A stretch of 39,317 bases of DNA from Betaproteobacteria bacterium (lineage in GTDB: Bacteria; Pseudomonadota; Gammaproteobacteria; Burkholderiales; Rhodocyclaceae): the NCBI GenBank assembly GCA_009776435.1, contig WRNU01000002.1:1-39317 (forward strand). Direction: 5' to 3'. Within the stretch, counting starts at the first letter, position 1; each line of letters begins with the position of its first letter. This document shows positions 37,374 to 39,317 of the stretch, piece by piece. A program made the translations under genes and the position numbers. The notes beneath the pieces are model-generated. The model was not told the origin of the DNA, made no database searches, and was given only the letters and a program-made list of their open reading frames with translations.

Positions 37374-39257
37374 ATGTTCGAAGCTATTCGCAACAACAAA
37401 CGGATTGCCCAGGTCATCCTGGCACTCATCATCATTCCTTTTGCCGCTTTCGGCCTGGGTTCCTATTTCGGAGATGGGCCGGGGGCCAGGGAAATCGCAA
37501 AGGTGGGAGACACTTCCATTTCCCGGATCGAGTTTGATCGCGCACTGGAAGAAGCGCGGAGTCGCCTGCGGGAGCGGCTTGGCGAGGATGCAACGGCGGC
37601 CATGCTCGACTCCGAAGAATTGCGCCAGTCGGTGCTCGATCAACTCATCACCCGGCGGGCGCTGGAGCTTTACTTCAGGGAGATGCGTCTGACGGTCTCG
37701 ACCGAGCAGTTGCAACAGGCCATTTTCGGGATCGAAGGTTTCCAGGAGAACGGGCAGTTTTCGCAGGAGCTATACCAGAGGTGGCTGCATACAAAGGGGT
37801 TGGCTCCGGTGGCTTTCGAGGCGCAAATCGCGCAGGATATGCTTGCCCAGCAATTGGTGATTTCCATTGGCGATTCGTTGATCGTTGCGCACGGTTCGGC
37901 GCGACGGCTACTCGCCGCCGAACTCGAGGAGCGGGTGGTGCGCGAAATGCGTTTCCCCGTTGCGCCACATCTGGCCGGCATCGAGATAGATGATGCGGCG
38001 ATTCGGAAGTTCTACGATGACAATCCGGCGCGTTTTGAACTACCGGAGCGGATCAAGGCCGAGTATATCGTTCTCAGCGAAGAGTCCTTGCTGAGCGGGA
38101 TCGAGAGCGCGATCGAGATTGACGAGGCAGACATCCAGCAGGCTTACGATGATGTGCTGGCGGGACGGCATGTGCGCCATATCCTGATCGAATCGGCTTC
38201 CGGCGCCGACGCGGCTGCGCAGGAGGCGGCCAGGAAACAGGCCGAAGAAATTGTCGAAATCCTGCGCAAGGAACCCGACCGTTTCCCGGAGCTTGCCAGG
38301 GAGAAATCACAGGATCCGGGTTCGAGCGAAATGGGAGGCGATCTTGGCGTCATGATGCGTGACGGAACGATGGAGCCGTCGTTCGAGAAAGCGGCATTTG
38401 CGCTGAAACAAGATGAAATCAGCGACCCTGTGCGTACCGGATACGGTTTCCATGTCATTCAGGTGACGGCCATCCAGAAGCGGTCTCTCGATGAAATGCG
38501 CAATGAAATCGTTGACCAGTTGCGCAAGCAGGTGCTTGGGCGGGAACTGGACGAAAAAACCAGGAAGTTTTCCGAAATGGTTTTCAGCGAAGCGCCGGAC
38601 AGCCTTCAGTCGGCAGCCGAAGCTTTCGGGCTGGAAATCCAGCGTTCCGACTGGATCGACCGGGGAGCGAGCGCCCTGGGCGAGTTTCGCAATGAATCCC
38701 TGGTGGCAAGCCTGTTTGAAGATGACGCGCTCAATCAGCGCCACAACACGCACCCCGTCGATGTTGGGGCCAACACGCTGGTGTCCGCGCGCGTGATCGA
38801 ACACGAAGCCAGACGGCGCTTGCCACTCGAAGAGGTGCGCGAGCAGATCGAGGCGCAGTTGCGCCGCGAAGAAGCGATGCGTTTGGCGCGGGAAAAAGGC
38901 AATGCGGCGCTGGCGGCGCTCGACAGTGGTGAGGCGATCGAAAACGCCTGGAGTATGCCACGCTCCTTGCGTCGCAGCATGCAGGACTTGCCGACTGCCA
39001 CAGCGCGCGCAGTGTTTGGCGCCCTGGAGCAACTGCCCGCGCGGACGGCGGCGGAATTGACCGATGACGCATACGTGATTTACCAAATCGATTCGGTCGA
39101 GCGCCCGTCCATCGAAGATGACGACCCGCGCATCGCCGAACTGGCGAAACAGTACGGGTTTATGCTTGCCAGGAGCGATTTCGAGTTCTTCCTCGCTACC
39201 CTGCGTGATCGTTACAAGATCGTGGCCAAATCGGTGGCGAGTCAGGAAGCGGAATAA
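37374..39257 (+). CDS. ppiD: PpiD-type periplasmic folding chaperone (SurA N-terminal plus parvulin domain)
   Basis: MFEAIR N-terminal anchor, RHILI, SQDPGS...GGDLG and T.YGFHVI. ATG 37374 is the likely start. Confidence 0.88.
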   Translation: MFEAIRNNKRIAQVILALIIIPFAAFGLGSYFGDGPGAREIAKVGDTSISRIEFDRALEEARSRLRERLGEDATAAMLDSEELRQSVLDQLITRRALELYFREMRLTVSTEQLQQAIFGIEGFQENGQFSQELYQRWLHTKGLAPVAFEAQIAQDMLAQQLVISIGDSLIVAHGSARRLLAAELEERVVREMRFPVAPHLAGIEIDDAAIRKFYDDNPARFELPERIKAEYIVLSEESLLSGIESAIEIDEADIQQAYDDVLAGRHVRHILIESASGADAAAQEAARKQAEEIVEILRKEPDRFPELAREKSQDPGSSEMGGDLGVMMRDGTMEPSFEKAAFALKQDEISDPVRTGYGFHVIQVTAIQKRSLDEMRNEIVDQLRKQVLGRELDEKTRKFSEMVFSEAPDSLQSAAEAFGLEIQRSDWIDRGASALGEFRNESLVASLFEDDALNQRHNTHPVDVGANTLVSARVIEHEARRRLPLEEVREQIEAQLRREEAMRLAREKGNAALAALDSGEAIENAWSMPRSLRRSMQDLPTATARAVFGALEQLPARTAAELTDDAYVIYQIDSVERPSIEDDDPRIAELAKQYGFMLARSDFEFFLATLRDRYKIVAKSVASQEAE

Positions 39258-39317
39258 AAACAGGAACCCAAAACCTGCCGTTCCCGCCACATGGCGGGAT
39301 GAGGCTGGTCATGGCTC

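Noticed and set aside
39274-39300. Terminator after ppiD (TCCCGCCA-CA-TGGCGGGA)
   Set aside because: The inverted repeat is real, but there is no U-tract and it is too near the window edge to interpret.

Overview
Bacterial chromosomal window, probably Betaproteobacteria and Rhodocyclales-like (an inference from gene content). From left to right it contains: (1) the left end of an IS481-family element that truncates a methyltransferase gene; (2) a low-GC Wzx/Wzy exopolysaccharide cluster with exosortase B, EpsI, glycosyltransferases, an acyltransferase, a methyltransferase and a secreted clan GH-A hydrolase; (3) a divergent rmlBDAC-manC-DUF1992 operon; (4) a ~7.8 kb block of higBA, a type II-C CRISPR array (16 repeats, 15 spacers), cas2, cas1, cas9 and tracrRNA; (5) tkt, a TTAA-flanked MITE, an orphan papain-like protease, a GH17 membrane protein, gcvTHP and ppiD. 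Three observations stand out. First, the higBA-CRISPR-Cas9 block lies between two direct copies of the tkt 3' end (66/77 nt identical), which suggests an integrase-less defence island with an addiction module. Second, its Cas9 (~1498 aa) is much larger than NmeCas9-type enzymes because of an apparently triplicated REC subdomain and a tandemly duplicated WED module. Third, two copies of a 106-111 bp three-hairpin element end in a type I-C-like 32-bp CRISPR repeat and sit exactly at the start codons of rmlC and gcvP. All protein calls come from motif recognition by eye; no database searches were run.
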